A stretch of DNA of 64,000 nt from Myxococcota bacterium (GTDB lineage Bacteria; Myxococcota_A; Polyangia; Nannocystales; Nannocystaceae): positions 32,001-96,000 of the forward strand of contig JBCCHT010000017.1 in NCBI GenBank assembly GCA_039028615.1, given 5' to 3'. The notes below the pieces were generated by a model. The model was not told the origin of the DNA. It saw nothing but the letters and a program-made list of their open reading frames with translations, and did not search any database. The translations under genes and the position numbers were made by a program. Below are positions 20,672 to 29,682 of this stretch, one piece after another (the first letter of the stretch is position 1; each line of letters begins with the position of its first letter).

Positions 20672-21199
20672 CTACTGCTGCTCGGCCTGCTCGGGGGAGG
20701 GTTCGTCCGACGGTTCTACGGCGGCGTCTTCGGGGACCTCGGTGGCGCTGTCGGGGGAGGGCTTGTCGTGGCGTTGCTCCCACGACATCGCGATGCCGAG
20801 CGGATCTTCGAGTGCCTCCTCGCTGATCCCGTCGTCGCCCGCGAGCTGCTCGGTGCTGCCGAGCGCTTGCGCCATGACGAACTCCATGGTGCCGATGTTC
20901 TGCGCCTCGACCTGCTGCACGAGCACCTCGCCCGCGACCATGTCCTCGAAGTCGTTGCCCAGCTGCTCCCAGGCGTCCTCATCAGCGACATCCCCGCGCG
21001 CGACGAGGGTGACCCGCATGGTGGATTCGCCCGCGGCTTCCACTGCCACGTAGCAACGGTCGATGAAGCGGTAGGCGGCGTGGAGAAGCGCGGGGACCGG
21101 CACTTGCCGCTCGTCGACTTCCCAGGAGATCGCCCCTTCGTGCCGGGTCGACTTCATCGCCGGCGACGGAGCTTCAGAGGTTGCTGCGGTCGTTGTCAT
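20672..21199 (-). CDS. hxsD: HxsD-like protein
   Basis: VPALLHAAYRFIDRCYV resembles the HxsD AAY.F.DR core; directly upstream of hxsB; acidic tail LEDPLGIAMSWEQR. Confidence 0.72.
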   Translation of the reverse strand: MTTTAATSEAPSPAMKSTRHEGAISWEVDERQVPVPALLHAAYRFIDRCYVAVEAAGESTMRVTLVARGDVADEDAWEQLGNDFEDMVAGEVLVQQVEAQNIGTMEFVMAQALGSTEQLAGDDGISEEALEDPLGIAMSWEQRHDKPSPDSATEVPEDAAVEPSDEPSPEQAEQQ

Positions 21200-21396
21200 A
21201 GCCCTCGCATTAGGCTTTTTACCGCAGGGTGGGGTACGGCGTCGCCCCGATGTCGGTGTTCTCGTCGGCGCGCGGCGGCCCACGTGGACACGAACGACGT
21301 CCGAGCGTGGCTGCCCTTTTCGCCGATCCGCGCATCCAACGCGATCCGACCCGGCCCTCCTGGAGGCGAAAGCGATTTCGCCATCCGATAGATCGT

Positions 21397-21426
21397 TTGA
21401 CCATCCCAGGAGCCGCCCCCTACAAT
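21397..21426 (+). promoter_or_regulatory. Candidate sigma70-type promoter (TTGACC-N18-TACAAT) with upstream palindrome
   Basis: -35 at 21397-21402, -10 at 21421-21426; inverted repeat ggcgaaa-gcga-tttcgcc at 21365-21382. Confidence 0.5.
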
Positions 21427-21442
21427 CGTTACAGAGTTCGCC

Positions 21443-21988
21443 ATGGCCAATACGCTGCAAGAAAAACTGGGTCGACGTACGTTCCTCGCTTCTGGGGTGG
21501 CCGCCGTCGGAGCAGTGGCGGCGACGTCGACCGTAGCGAACGCGGCGACGCCCGAGGCCAAGGCCCTCGCTCGCACCAATGCCCGGCGCGGCGATGCTCG
21601 CTACGGCTTCGAAGATCCCGATCACGACGAGCTGCAGCTGCTCGGTCTCACCGCCGGCATGATGGTCGGGCCCTACACCATCGAGCGCGTGGCCATGCGC
21701 GAGGGTGCCGCCCGCATCGAGGCGAAGGGCCAGGGCACTCAGTTCCGCGTCGACGTCCTTCGTCGCAGCCGGTCGCCCAAGGCGCTGGCCGACGTCGGCG
21801 AGTTCAGCCTGTACCTGTGCAACCACGGCAGCGGGAACTACCGCACCGAGGAGGCGGCAGGCGTCGGCGTGCTCACCCTCGCCAAGTACCTCGAGACGGC
21901 CAAGCCCGAGGTGCCCGAAGCACTGATGACGTACGCCGATCGTCGCCTCATGCACCCGATCCGCCACACCGGCCTCGGCCGTCCGTAG
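21443..21988 (+). CDS. Tat-exported small protein of unknown function
   Basis: Twin-arginine signal LGRRTFLASGVAAVG...ANA. Confidence 0.75.
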   Translation: MANTLQEKLGRRTFLASGVAAVGAVAATSTVANAATPEAKALARTNARRGDARYGFEDPDHDELQLLGLTAGMMVGPYTIERVAMREGAARIEAKGQGTQFRVDVLRRSRSPKALADVGEFSLYLCNHGSGNYRTEEAAGVGVLTLAKYLETAKPEVPEALMTYADRRLMHPIRHTGLGRP

Positions 21989-22035
21989 GCCGTGAGCCTC
22001 GGGCACCCGCGAACGAACAAACGACCGAGTCAACG

Positions 22036-23952
22036 GTGAATGGGCCAGACCTCTCACCGGGTCTGACCACGCGTAGGCCCGTCGCACCCGATCCCTCGGC
22101 ACGCCCGACCAAGGCGCTGATCAAGGTCGGCTACGGCTGCAACGATCACTGTAGCTTCTGCCACACCCTCGACGTCCGCCACATCCAGGGCGAGGCGATC
22201 GAGGTGCATCGCAAGATCCGTCGGGCCAAGGCGCTCGGCCACTCGATGATCGTGCTGTCCGGGGGCGAGCCCACCATTCGCCCCGAGCTTCTGGCCTGGG
22301 CCAAGCACACCGCCGCGCTCGGGCTCGACTTCGGGTTGGTCACCAACGGCCGGATGCTGAGCTACCCCAAGCTCGTCGCCAAGCTGCTCAAGTATCGGCT
22401 GCGCTACGTCTATCTGTCGCTGCACGGGGGCACGGCCAAGATCCACAACTTGATGGTCCGCAGCCACGCCTTCGAGGAGACCTTCGGCGCCGTCGCTCAG
22501 CTGTCGGGCAAGGGCCTCGATTTTTCCGTCAACTGCGTGATCACCAAGCACAACGTCGAGCACCTCAAAGGGGTCGTCGACGCGCTGCTGCCCTACCCCG
22601 ACGTCCCGCTCAAGTTCTCGATGGTCGAGCCCAAGGGCGGCGGCAAGAGCCTCTTCGATCACATCATCCCGCGGGTCGAACACGTGGCCCAGCGCGTGCG
22701 CGAGGCCATCGCCTACGGCGAGTCGCTCACCGATGGCGATGGCACCGACGGCGTCCCGCCGCGGGGTCGCTGGCTCACGCACGGGGGCATTCCACTGTGC
22801 CTGATGCGAGGCTTCGAAGATCGCTACGACGATCTTCGCACCCACGGCTTCGACACGATGACGGAGATCGGCGAGCCCGACTTCTTCCCCGTCGACGACG
22901 ACAACAAGGTCCAGACCGACAAGTGTGCTCGCTGCTCGCTGTCGGGGGCGTGTCCGGGGCTCTACGTCGGCTACAACGCGCGCTTCGGCGACGACGAGCT
23001 GCGCCCGGTCATGGACCAGCCGCGCTCCAACTCGTTCAACTACACGCTCGAGGCCTCCGTCCCCGCGGCGGGGCCTCGGTGCAAGGTACTCGACTCCGGG
23101 CTCGCCCCCTGGGAGTACGGCCGGCACCTGTTCGTCAGGCGCGGCGACATCATCGAGCGCTATCGCAGCCGCACCCGTGACTTCTCCGATCGCGAAATCT
23201 CGGAGGTCAAGCACGAGCGCGGGCAGATCTACCTCGACGTCAGCACCAAGGCCGCGCCCGACGACTTCGCCAAAGACCTCGTCCAGCTGCAGCGCGCCTC
23301 GGTGTGCACCGACTGCCCCGAGTACCGCGACTGCACCGGCCTGTTCGAGCCCGTACGAGAGTCGGTATTCGAACGCGACGACGCCCGGGTTCGCGAACTC
23401 GTCGGCTCGCTCTCCGGCCGCGTGCTCGACGTGGGCTGCGGCGAAGGCCCGTACAGCGAGCTGCTCGCGCCGCTCACCCGAGCCGGCACCGTCGAGTACG
23501 TGGGCATCGATCCCCACGAGCAGCGGATCGCTCAGCTCGGCGAGCGCTGGCCGTGGGCCACCCTGCTGGCCACCACCGCCGAAGACCTCGCCGCCCGCGT
23601 GGCCACCGACGAACAGCTCGGGCGCTTCGATCACGTGCTCGTGTTGCGAAGCTGGAACCACATGCGCGAGCCCCAGGCGCTGCTGCGAGCGCTCGGCGGC
23701 CTGCTCGTCCCCGGCGGCACGCTCACCCTGGTGGACAACGAGGCCTTCGGGTTGGCCCGCTCGGAAGAGCAGACCGGCCACGCCGAGGCGGGCCCGGCCG
23801 AGTTCGAGCACTACCGCAACGACGGCGCCGAAGAAGCCGAGGCGATCGTCGCTCAGCTCGATCTGCCGCTCGAGCCGCTCGAGTCGCACGCCGTGCGCCC
23901 CGGACGGAGCAACCAGTGGCTGCTGCGCTACCGCTGGGCCCCGGCCGACTGA
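22036..23952 (+). CDS. HxsC-like radical SAM fused to a class I SAM-dependent methyltransferase
   Basis: CNDHCSFC, SGGEPT; IPLC...CARCSLSGACPG; second CTDCPEYRDCTG; C-terminal VLDVGCGEG, GID, LVPGG. The N-terminal extension to 21229 is a shadow of other genes. Confidence 0.87.
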   Translation: MNGPDLSPGLTTRRPVAPDPSARPTKALIKVGYGCNDHCSFCHTLDVRHIQGEAIEVHRKIRRAKALGHSMIVLSGGEPTIRPELLAWAKHTAALGLDFGLVTNGRMLSYPKLVAKLLKYRLRYVYLSLHGGTAKIHNLMVRSHAFEETFGAVAQLSGKGLDFSVNCVITKHNVEHLKGVVDALLPYPDVPLKFSMVEPKGGGKSLFDHIIPRVEHVAQRVREAIAYGESLTDGDGTDGVPPRGRWLTHGGIPLCLMRGFEDRYDDLRTHGFDTMTEIGEPDFFPVDDDNKVQTDKCARCSLSGACPGLYVGYNARFGDDELRPVMDQPRSNSFNYTLEASVPAAGPRCKVLDSGLAPWEYGRHLFVRRGDIIERYRSRTRDFSDREISEVKHERGQIYLDVSTKAAPDDFAKDLVQLQRASVCTDCPEYRDCTGLFEPVRESVFERDDARVRELVGSLSGRVLDVGCGEGPYSELLAPLTRAGTVEYVGIDPHEQRIAQLGERWPWATLLATTAEDLAARVATDEQLGRFDHVLVLRSWNHMREPQALLRALGGLLVPGGTLTLVDNEAFGLARSEEQTGHAEAGPAEFEHYRNDGAEEAEAIVAQLDLPLEPLESHAVRPGRSNQWLLRYRWAPAD

Positions 23953-23961
23953 GTCGACTCG

Positions 23962-25221
23962 CTAGCCGAGATCGGTCGCGGCCGTGCCCGCGTCGTAGTA
24001 GCGCTCCATGAAGTGCGCATCGAGCCGGGCGAGCTCGTCGACCAGCCCGCGCCCCACCGTCGTGGGTTGGGCCGCCTCGACGACCGTCGTCACCGCCTCG
24101 TGATTCGACGCCACGATCTGGGCCAGCCGCCGCCGAAAGTCGGGACGCGACGACCACGGGTGCTTCGCTTCGATCAGCCGCTCGTAGAGCTTCGCCACGG
24201 GCAAGAAGGCATGCGCCGCCAACAACACCCCGTGCAGCGGACGCGGGTCGGGCCGCACGGGCGAGCTGTGCATCGAGGTGAACGCGTTGAGCAAGACCCG
24301 ATCGATCTCGAACAGCGCGTTGAGCTTGTTGTGGGAAAACTCGTGGATCAGCGCTTCGGCCATCACCATCGCGTTGGGATGGAGGCTGAGATAGACGGTG
24401 CCGATCGCCTCGGCGTACGACGCCGACAAGTGCTGGTGGTCATCGAACCCGACCGGGACCACCCGCTGGATGTACAGCTGCATCTCCGCGAAGAGCGTCG
24501 GCATCCGGGCTTCGATGATCCCCAGCGCCTCGTCGAGGGTCTGGACCCAGTCGTCCGCGGAGCGATCTCCCAGCGACAACGCGTTGCCGAATTTGTCGGG
24601 GTGAGCCTCGAGCTCGGCGATGGGGTTGTTGTCCTCGAGGGCCAGGGTCAGCCCGCCGTGCAGCGCATGGGCCGTGGACTCGAGCTGGGCATCGGTACCG
24701 GCAGAAACTGCGTCCCTCACGCTCGTGCACACCGGGCGACCATCGGCATCCAGCCCCAGCAACTTCGGCCCTTCGAAGCGCAGAACCCGGACCTCCGCCG
24801 GGCAGGACCAGGTCGCGCGGCGGGGCAGCGTCACGATGCGTCGAGCAAAATCCTGCAGCTCGATCGGCCGATCCAGCACACCCAAGGCCCACAGCTCGAA
24901 GACCACGAGGGTCAGGTACTCCGCCGCCACGGCGAAATCTCGACGATGGCCCCGCGAAATGCAGCGGGCCAGGGTCGAAACATGGGTCCAACGAAAGACG
25001 CTGGCCAGCGCACCCGGGTTCGCTCGGGCCAGCTGCCGAAGCAGCCGTGCGAGCTCTGCCCACTGCTTGATGAACCGGGCCGGGGCCCCGGGGGGAGGCG
25101 GCAGCGAAGGAGCGGCCCGCAGCAGCGCCCCGAGACTCGCCGACAGCACACCGCGCGCCGTTCGAGACTCCGCCATCGGGACGGTCAGGTCCTGCGGCAC
25201 CGTGACATTGGCTTTGGGCAC
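23962..25221 (-). CDS. HExxH-motif peptide-modification protein (aKG-HExxH type)
   Basis: SASYAEAIGTVY, EALIHEFSHNKL, SPVRPDPRPLHGVLLAAHAF; AGGA upstream of GTG 25221. Confidence 0.85.
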   Translation of the reverse strand: MPKANVTVPQDLTVPMAESRTARGVLSASLGALLRAAPSLPPPPGAPARFIKQWAELARLLRQLARANPGALASVFRWTHVSTLARCISRGHRRDFAVAAEYLTLVVFELWALGVLDRPIELQDFARRIVTLPRRATWSCPAEVRVLRFEGPKLLGLDADGRPVCTSVRDAVSAGTDAQLESTAHALHGGLTLALEDNNPIAELEAHPDKFGNALSLGDRSADDWVQTLDEALGIIEARMPTLFAEMQLYIQRVVPVGFDDHQHLSASYAEAIGTVYLSLHPNAMVMAEALIHEFSHNKLNALFEIDRVLLNAFTSMHSSPVRPDPRPLHGVLLAAHAFLPVAKLYERLIEAKHPWSSRPDFRRRLAQIVASNHEAVTTVVEAAQPTTVGRGLVDELARLDAHFMERYYDAGTAATDLG

Positions 25222-25359
25222 TTCGGCAAATCCTACCTTCTGTTCGCGGGATGGACCCCTACGCGAGCGATCTCCGCCCGTTGATCCGCCACGGCTGCCG
25301 GCCCCGGTGGTGTACAATGGCGCGGCATCGGCGGGCTGGGACCCGCGTTCGACCACCCC

Positions 25360-25833
25360 ATGAGCGCTCTCCAAGGTTTCCCCAAGTCCTACACTCCGCG
25401 CGATGATGGCGGCGTCGACTTCCTGTGCAATGCACGGGTCTACCCGGCAGAAGCCATCTTTGCCGCCACATATGCGCTGCTCGACCGCGGCTACTTCCGC
25501 ATCGACCGCGACGACGACGGCAATCACATCATCCAGATCCACGCGCGGGAGGGCGAGTCAGTCCGAGATATCGTTGGGAGCCTCACCAATGAGCTGCTCT
25601 CTGCGGTCTGCAGGACCCACCTGCACCAGCGCAAAGAGGTGATCCTGGAGGCGGTGACCCTCGCGTCCATGGCGGGGGCCGTCGGACGCCCCGACCTCGA
25701 CGACCTCGAGGACTTCGACTTCTCCGAGGAGGGCCTCGACGATCCCCTCGGAATCGCCGTTTCCTGGGAAGAAAAGTACAAAAGTCCGAAAACGACCGCA
25801 TCTGAGCCCAAATCGGGCAAGGAGCCCTCATGA
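25360..25833 (+). CDS. hxsD: HxsD-like protein (paralog of 20672-21199)
   Basis: VYPAEAIFAATYALLDRGYF core; NELL; tail LDDPLGIAVSWEEK. Confidence 0.72.
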   Translation: MSALQGFPKSYTPRDDGGVDFLCNARVYPAEAIFAATYALLDRGYFRIDRDDDGNHIIQIHAREGESVRDIVGSLTNELLSAVCRTHLHQRKEVILEAVTLASMAGAVGRPDLDDLEDFDFSEEGLDDPLGIAVSWEEKYKSPKTTASEPKSGKEPS

Positions 25834-26048
25834 ACATGCGACTCCACAGCGAGATCTACACCGAGGCGTCCGTATCCGCCGCGGTCGAGGCCTTCACGGA
25901 CTACTCCACCGTGAAAATGTCGCAGGATTCCAACTACTGGGTGGTCACCGTAGAGGACGAAGACCCCGAGCGGGCGCAGCTGATCGCGCACGAATTGGGG
26001 AACATGGCCCTCGGTTTGTCGATCGACGCCGGCGGATCAGCGCGCTAG
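25830..26048 (+). CDS. Small HxsD-like protein
   Basis: 72 aa, IYTEASVSAAVEAF...ELGNMAL resembles the HxsD core; ATGA overlap with the upstream gene; directly before the precursor. Confidence 0.65.
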   Translation: MNMRLHSEIYTEASVSAAVEAFTDYSTVKMSQDSNYWVVTVEDEDPERAQLIAHELGNMALGLSIDAGGSAR

Positions 26049-26138
26049 CCGCTATCTCGGGGCCGATCGACAAGAACGAGCGAGTTGTCGCTGTCGACCC
26101 CACCTCGAATGGTTTGGATGGTAAGGTAATCAAGTTCC

Positions 26139-26558
26139 ATGGCCGACCCCAAGACGAAGAAAAAGAACGGCCTGCCAACTTTCAAAAAGGGGGTGGGTGG
26201 TCAATTGACGGCGTCGGATCGGTCGCTGACCGACCGGGCGCTCGCGCTCGCGGAATCGGGACAGGGTCCGGTCTTCTTGGCCGACGCGTCTTCGATCGTC
26301 GCGCCGCAGCACGCGAGTCACGGTTCGCACGGTTCGCACGGTAGCCACGGTTCGCACGGTAGCCACGGCTCGCACGGTAGCCACGGTTCGCACGGTAGCC
26401 ACGGTTCGCACGGTAGCCACGGCTCGCACGGTAGCCACGGTTCGCACGGTAGCCACGGCTCGCACGGTAGCCACGGTTCGCACGGTAGCCACGGCTCGCA
26501 CGGTAGCCACGGTTCGCACGGTAGCCACGGTTCGCACGGCAGCCACGGTTCCTGGTAG
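26139..26558 (+). CDS. hxsA: His-Xaa-Ser repeat precursor peptide (HxsA-like): 57-aa leader + HAS + (HGS)26 + W
   Basis: Direct translation; flanked by HxsD-like, HExxH and HxsB genes and followed by a terminator. Confidence 0.9.
   Translation: MADPKTKKKNGLPTFKKGVGGQLTASDRSLTDRALALAESGQGPVFLADASSIVAPQHASHGSHGSHGSHGSHGSHGSHGSHGSHGSHGSHGSHGSHGSHGSHGSHGSHGSHGSHGSHGSHGSHGSHGSHGSHGSHGSW
26310..26552 (+). repeat. 9-nt coding tandem repeat (cacggttcg/cacggtagc/cacggctcg) with 18/36-nt higher-order period
   Basis: 27 units; Ser codons alternate TCG/AGC. Confidence 0.95.
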
Positions 26559-26586
26559 CGACCCCGCTCGAAACGTCTTGGTGAAA

Positions 26587-26618
26587 ACGCAGCCTCCGCC
26601 CCGTGGCGGGGGCTTCGT
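26587..26618. terminator. Probable bidirectional intrinsic terminator
   Basis: Stem agcctccgcc-ccgt-ggcgggggct between convergent genes; TTTT follows on the minus strand. Confidence 0.65.
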
Positions 26619-26629
26619 ATTGGTTCGAA

Positions 26630-27469
26630 CTACTTTCGCAGATAGTGGAAGTAAACGTTGGCCGGCGTCGGGTGAAGTGCCCGTCGCTCGTAGACATACG
26701 AAGCGATCCACGGCCGCAAGATGCCCGCGCCCGCGGCATCGAGGCGCTCGTTCATCGTCGTCATCATCGCGCGCAGCTTCGGATCGAGCGGGAGCCGTCC
26801 CTCGAGGAGCTCCGCCGATGCGGAGTGGAAGTACACCTGGCGCCGCTGGCTATGCACGCACTGCTGGAAGACCAGATAGCGACACCCGAGCACCAGCGTT
26901 CGGAAGGCGGTGAAGTTGCCGATCACCCGCGGCAGCCGTTTCGCGTCGAGCCGCACGTAGACCTTGAAGTCGTGCAGGCCCGAGGCATTGAAGTCGAGCC
27001 CGAGGATGCACATCGAGCTCGTGTCCAACGAGGGCGGCAGCTCGGGCGCCCCCACGGCCGCACGAAAGGCCTCCACCGTCTGGGCCGCAGGCCCGCGGAA
27101 CACCAAGTAATACTTCAGTCGTAGGGACGGCTCGGCCTCGATGCCCAGCACCACCTGGCGCACCGCGGGCGCATGGGCGCCGCCCTCGGAGAGCACGCGC
27201 CAAAACTCCTTCGGGATCGATACGCCCAGCGCTGCGACGATCGATTCGAAGCGCGTATTGGCCAGCGAGATCATCTCGCCCGACGGCGTCGCATCGAAGT
27301 AACAGGTCTCGCGCCAGGGTCGGAGCTCGCCGCCCATCCACGCCGAGTACTCCTCGAAGCTCGGCGGCGGTCCGTCGCCGCGGACCAACGCATCGAAGCG
27401 CGAGAAGCTGGCGGGTGCTTCGCCCCCGACCTCCGTCAAGGCTTCGAGCAGCGGGCTTCGGTGGCTCAC
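26630..27469 (-). CDS. Hypothetical protein, possible ABBA/PT-barrel (LynF/TruF/PatF-like) prenyltransferase
   Basis: VRQVVLGIE..LRLKYYL and CILGLDF..DFKVYV beta-hairpin motifs recall F-family peptide prenyltransferases; resemblance judged by eye. Confidence 0.45.
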   Translation of the reverse strand: MSHRSPLLEALTEVGGEAPASFSRFDALVRGDGPPPSFEEYSAWMGGELRPWRETCYFDATPSGEMISLANTRFESIVAALGVSIPKEFWRVLSEGGAHAPAVRQVVLGIEAEPSLRLKYYLVFRGPAAQTVEAFRAAVGAPELPPSLDTSSMCILGLDFNASGLHDFKVYVRLDAKRLPRVIGNFTAFRTLVLGCRYLVFQQCVHSQRRQVYFHSASAELLEGRLPLDPKLRAMMTTMNERLDAAGAGILRPWIASYVYERRALHPTPANVYFHYLRK

Positions 27470-27522
27470 CTCCACCAGCCTACCGCCAACCCGCCTGCGG
27501 TTTCGTGATAACGTGCCGAGCC

Positions 27523-28407
27523 GTGTCCAGCGCAGGTGCCGAAGCTCGCCCGCGTTCGCCCCTGGTCCCGAGTACCGGGCAAGACCGGTTCTTCGACTAT
27601 TGCCTCCAGCCCTATCCGCCGCGCTGCGATCCCGCCGGGAAGCTCCGCGGCGAGAGCCTGCTGTGGAACAGCCTGCAGGTCGCGGGCCTGAGCGAAGCCG
27701 AGTACGCGGCCTTCGACGCCATTCGGGAGGCCGCTGGCCGGGACATGACCGTCTTCGGCGTGAAGTGGTTCGACGGGCGGCTGTCCTGGGAGATGTACTT
27801 CTACGACCCGCAGCGCGACGACGAGCAGATCACCGCCGCCGCGCTCCGTCAGGCTCTGAAGGGCGTGCTCGACCTGCGCCCCTACGTCCCCGACAGCACG
27901 CGCTACTTCATGTACAGCTTCGATCTCGACGCCGCCTCCGTGCGCGCCGCCTCCGTGCCCGAGATCAACGTGTACCTCCAGTTCCACGAGGGCCAGGGCG
28001 GGCACTCCTACGCCCTGCGCGAGGACTCCTGCGAGCTCCGCAACACCTATCGCTTCCACGAGCCCAAGCGGGAGATCGACGCGATCCTCCATCAGGTGCG
28101 GCGCAGCATGTGGGTCGACTTCTCCACCGTGCGCCTCGCCGACATCGTGCTCCCCGAGCTGTACGAGTGCATGAAGATCTGCGTCGCCAAGAAGCGCTAT
28201 GCGGATGCCATCTACTACTCGGGCATCAGCATCGATCAGCTGCGCTGGTTCCTGCATCGCTTCGAGTATCCCGACGCGGTGCGGTCCTTCGTCGACGAGC
28301 ACCACGCCGACTTCGCCCACCTGCTCTTCGACGTCGGCATCGACTATCGCAGCGGGCCCGACGGGCGCCTCGAGTACCCGAAGACGGGCTACTACTCCAC
28401 GCTCTGA
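27523..28407 (+). CDS. Hypothetical protein (paralog of 29683-30582), possible PT-barrel fold
   Basis: GC-biased codon usage; helix/beta-hairpin alternation (TVFGVKW/WEMYFY, MYSFDL/EINVY, ICVAKK/AIYYS, FDVGIDY/KTGYY). Confidence 0.7.
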   Translation: MSSAGAEARPRSPLVPSTGQDRFFDYCLQPYPPRCDPAGKLRGESLLWNSLQVAGLSEAEYAAFDAIREAAGRDMTVFGVKWFDGRLSWEMYFYDPQRDDEQITAAALRQALKGVLDLRPYVPDSTRYFMYSFDLDAASVRAASVPEINVYLQFHEGQGGHSYALREDSCELRNTYRFHEPKREIDAILHQVRRSMWVDFSTVRLADIVLPELYECMKICVAKKRYADAIYYSGISIDQLRWFLHRFEYPDAVRSFVDEHHADFAHLLFDVGIDYRSGPDGRLEYPKTGYYSTL

Positions 28408-28413
28408 GACCCC

Positions 28414-29643
28414 ATGGCTATCGATCTCCTCGTGATGCTCGACGACGACGGCCCGGCTCCGGGTGCGCTGCGAGGCTCGAGCACGCCCGGTCCCGAGTTC
28501 ACCCCGCGACCCTTCCTCGACTTTTGTAGGGGCGTCGGCGAAACGCTGCCCTACGAGCGACTCGTCTTCGTGGGCGATGGCGAGCCGCTCGAGCGCTATG
28601 GCTTCTCGGCCGTCGAAGCTGCTCACGAGGCCGGGTTCCGCAACATCCGCCTGCATACCCGACCCTGGCGGCTCACCGATCCGCGCCAGGCCTACGCCGT
28701 GGTCAACACCGGGGTCAGCGAGATCTGCGTGGGGCTGCACTCCACCGATCCCGAGCTCCACGATCGCCTCTGCGACCGCCCCGAGGACTTCCGCGCCGCT
28801 CAGCGGTGCCTTCGCAACATCGCCAAGCTCGAGGCCGAGGCCTCCGTGCACGTCGTCATGACCCGCGCCAACCTCGACCAGCTCGCCGATATCGCACGGC
28901 TCGCCATCGAGTCCGAGGCCCAGCGCGTCGAGTTTTGGGCCCATGCGCCCCTCGACCCCGAGCCCGAGCTGCGGGAGCTGCTCGCCCCGCTCGACGAGCT
29001 CGTCCCGCGACTGCTCGAAGCCGTCGATGTCTGCGAAGCCGGTCGAGTCCAGACCGCGATTCACCACGTCCCCGTCTGCCTGCTCGGCCGCGCGGGCGCG
29101 CTCGTGGACAACCACGAGCCCCACGACTTCCTGCCTCGGGCCGACTCGCGAGCGCGGCCGCGCTTCAACTGCCTGCACGAAGCGCAGTGCGACACCTCCG
29201 AGATCTGCCTCGGGTTGAGCCACGCCCACGTCAGTCGTTTCGGCTGGGAGCTGGAGCGCCTTCGGCCCGCCCCGCGCACGCGACCGTGGCGGGCCCGCGA
29301 CCGCAGCGTCGTGCGGATCGGCGAGCACGGCAGCGCCCCGCATGGTCACGCCCAGTGGCTCGCCCTGCTCGGACCCCACGCCGAGGGTGTCGAAGGCATC
29401 GTCCTCACCCGAGACGAAGCCCGCTACCCCATGCAGATGCCCGACGGCACCCGCTTCGACCTGCTCGTCACCGCCCGGGACGAGACCTCGCGGACCTTCG
29501 AGCAAAGCCGCTCCTTCAACCTCTCGTATACCGACGTCGAGGGCTCCGCGGGCGAACGCGCCATCGCGACCTTCCTCGAGCCCATCTTCCGCACCATCAC
29601 CGCCAACGACGACGGCACCCTCTCGCTGGATGCGAGAGTCTAG
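28414..29643 (+). CDS. Radical SAM-fold protein lacking CX3CX2C (paralog of 34775-36172)
   Basis: Colinear with 34775-36172 (NIRLHT, GLHS, VPVCLLG, CLHEAQCDTSEICLG, FGWE) but has no Cys triad. Confidence 0.78.
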   Translation: MAIDLLVMLDDDGPAPGALRGSSTPGPEFTPRPFLDFCRGVGETLPYERLVFVGDGEPLERYGFSAVEAAHEAGFRNIRLHTRPWRLTDPRQAYAVVNTGVSEICVGLHSTDPELHDRLCDRPEDFRAAQRCLRNIAKLEAEASVHVVMTRANLDQLADIARLAIESEAQRVEFWAHAPLDPEPELRELLAPLDELVPRLLEAVDVCEAGRVQTAIHHVPVCLLGRAGALVDNHEPHDFLPRADSRARPRFNCLHEAQCDTSEICLGLSHAHVSRFGWELERLRPAPRTRPWRARDRSVVRIGEHGSAPHGHAQWLALLGPHAEGVEGIVLTRDEARYPMQMPDGTRFDLLVTARDETSRTFEQSRSFNLSYTDVEGSAGERAIATFLEPIFRTITANDDGTLSLDARV

Positions 29644-29682
29644 ATTGCGAGCCCTCGGCGCCGCGCATACCCTCTGAAGGCG

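Noticed and set aside
25281..25318. TTGATC...TACAAT promoter for the hxsD-hxsA operon
   Set aside because: The 26-nt spacer is too long for sigma70; only the -10-like hexamer is plausible.
26310..26552. Repeat array as a CRISPR or non-coding VNTR
   Set aside because: The units are 9 nt with no spacers, vary only synonymously in the HGS frame, and no cas genes are present.
26130..26739. Antisense ORFs with TVA/TVR or RAN/RGY repeats
   Set aside because: Repeat variation is non-synonymous in these frames but synonymous in the + HGS frame, so they are shadows.
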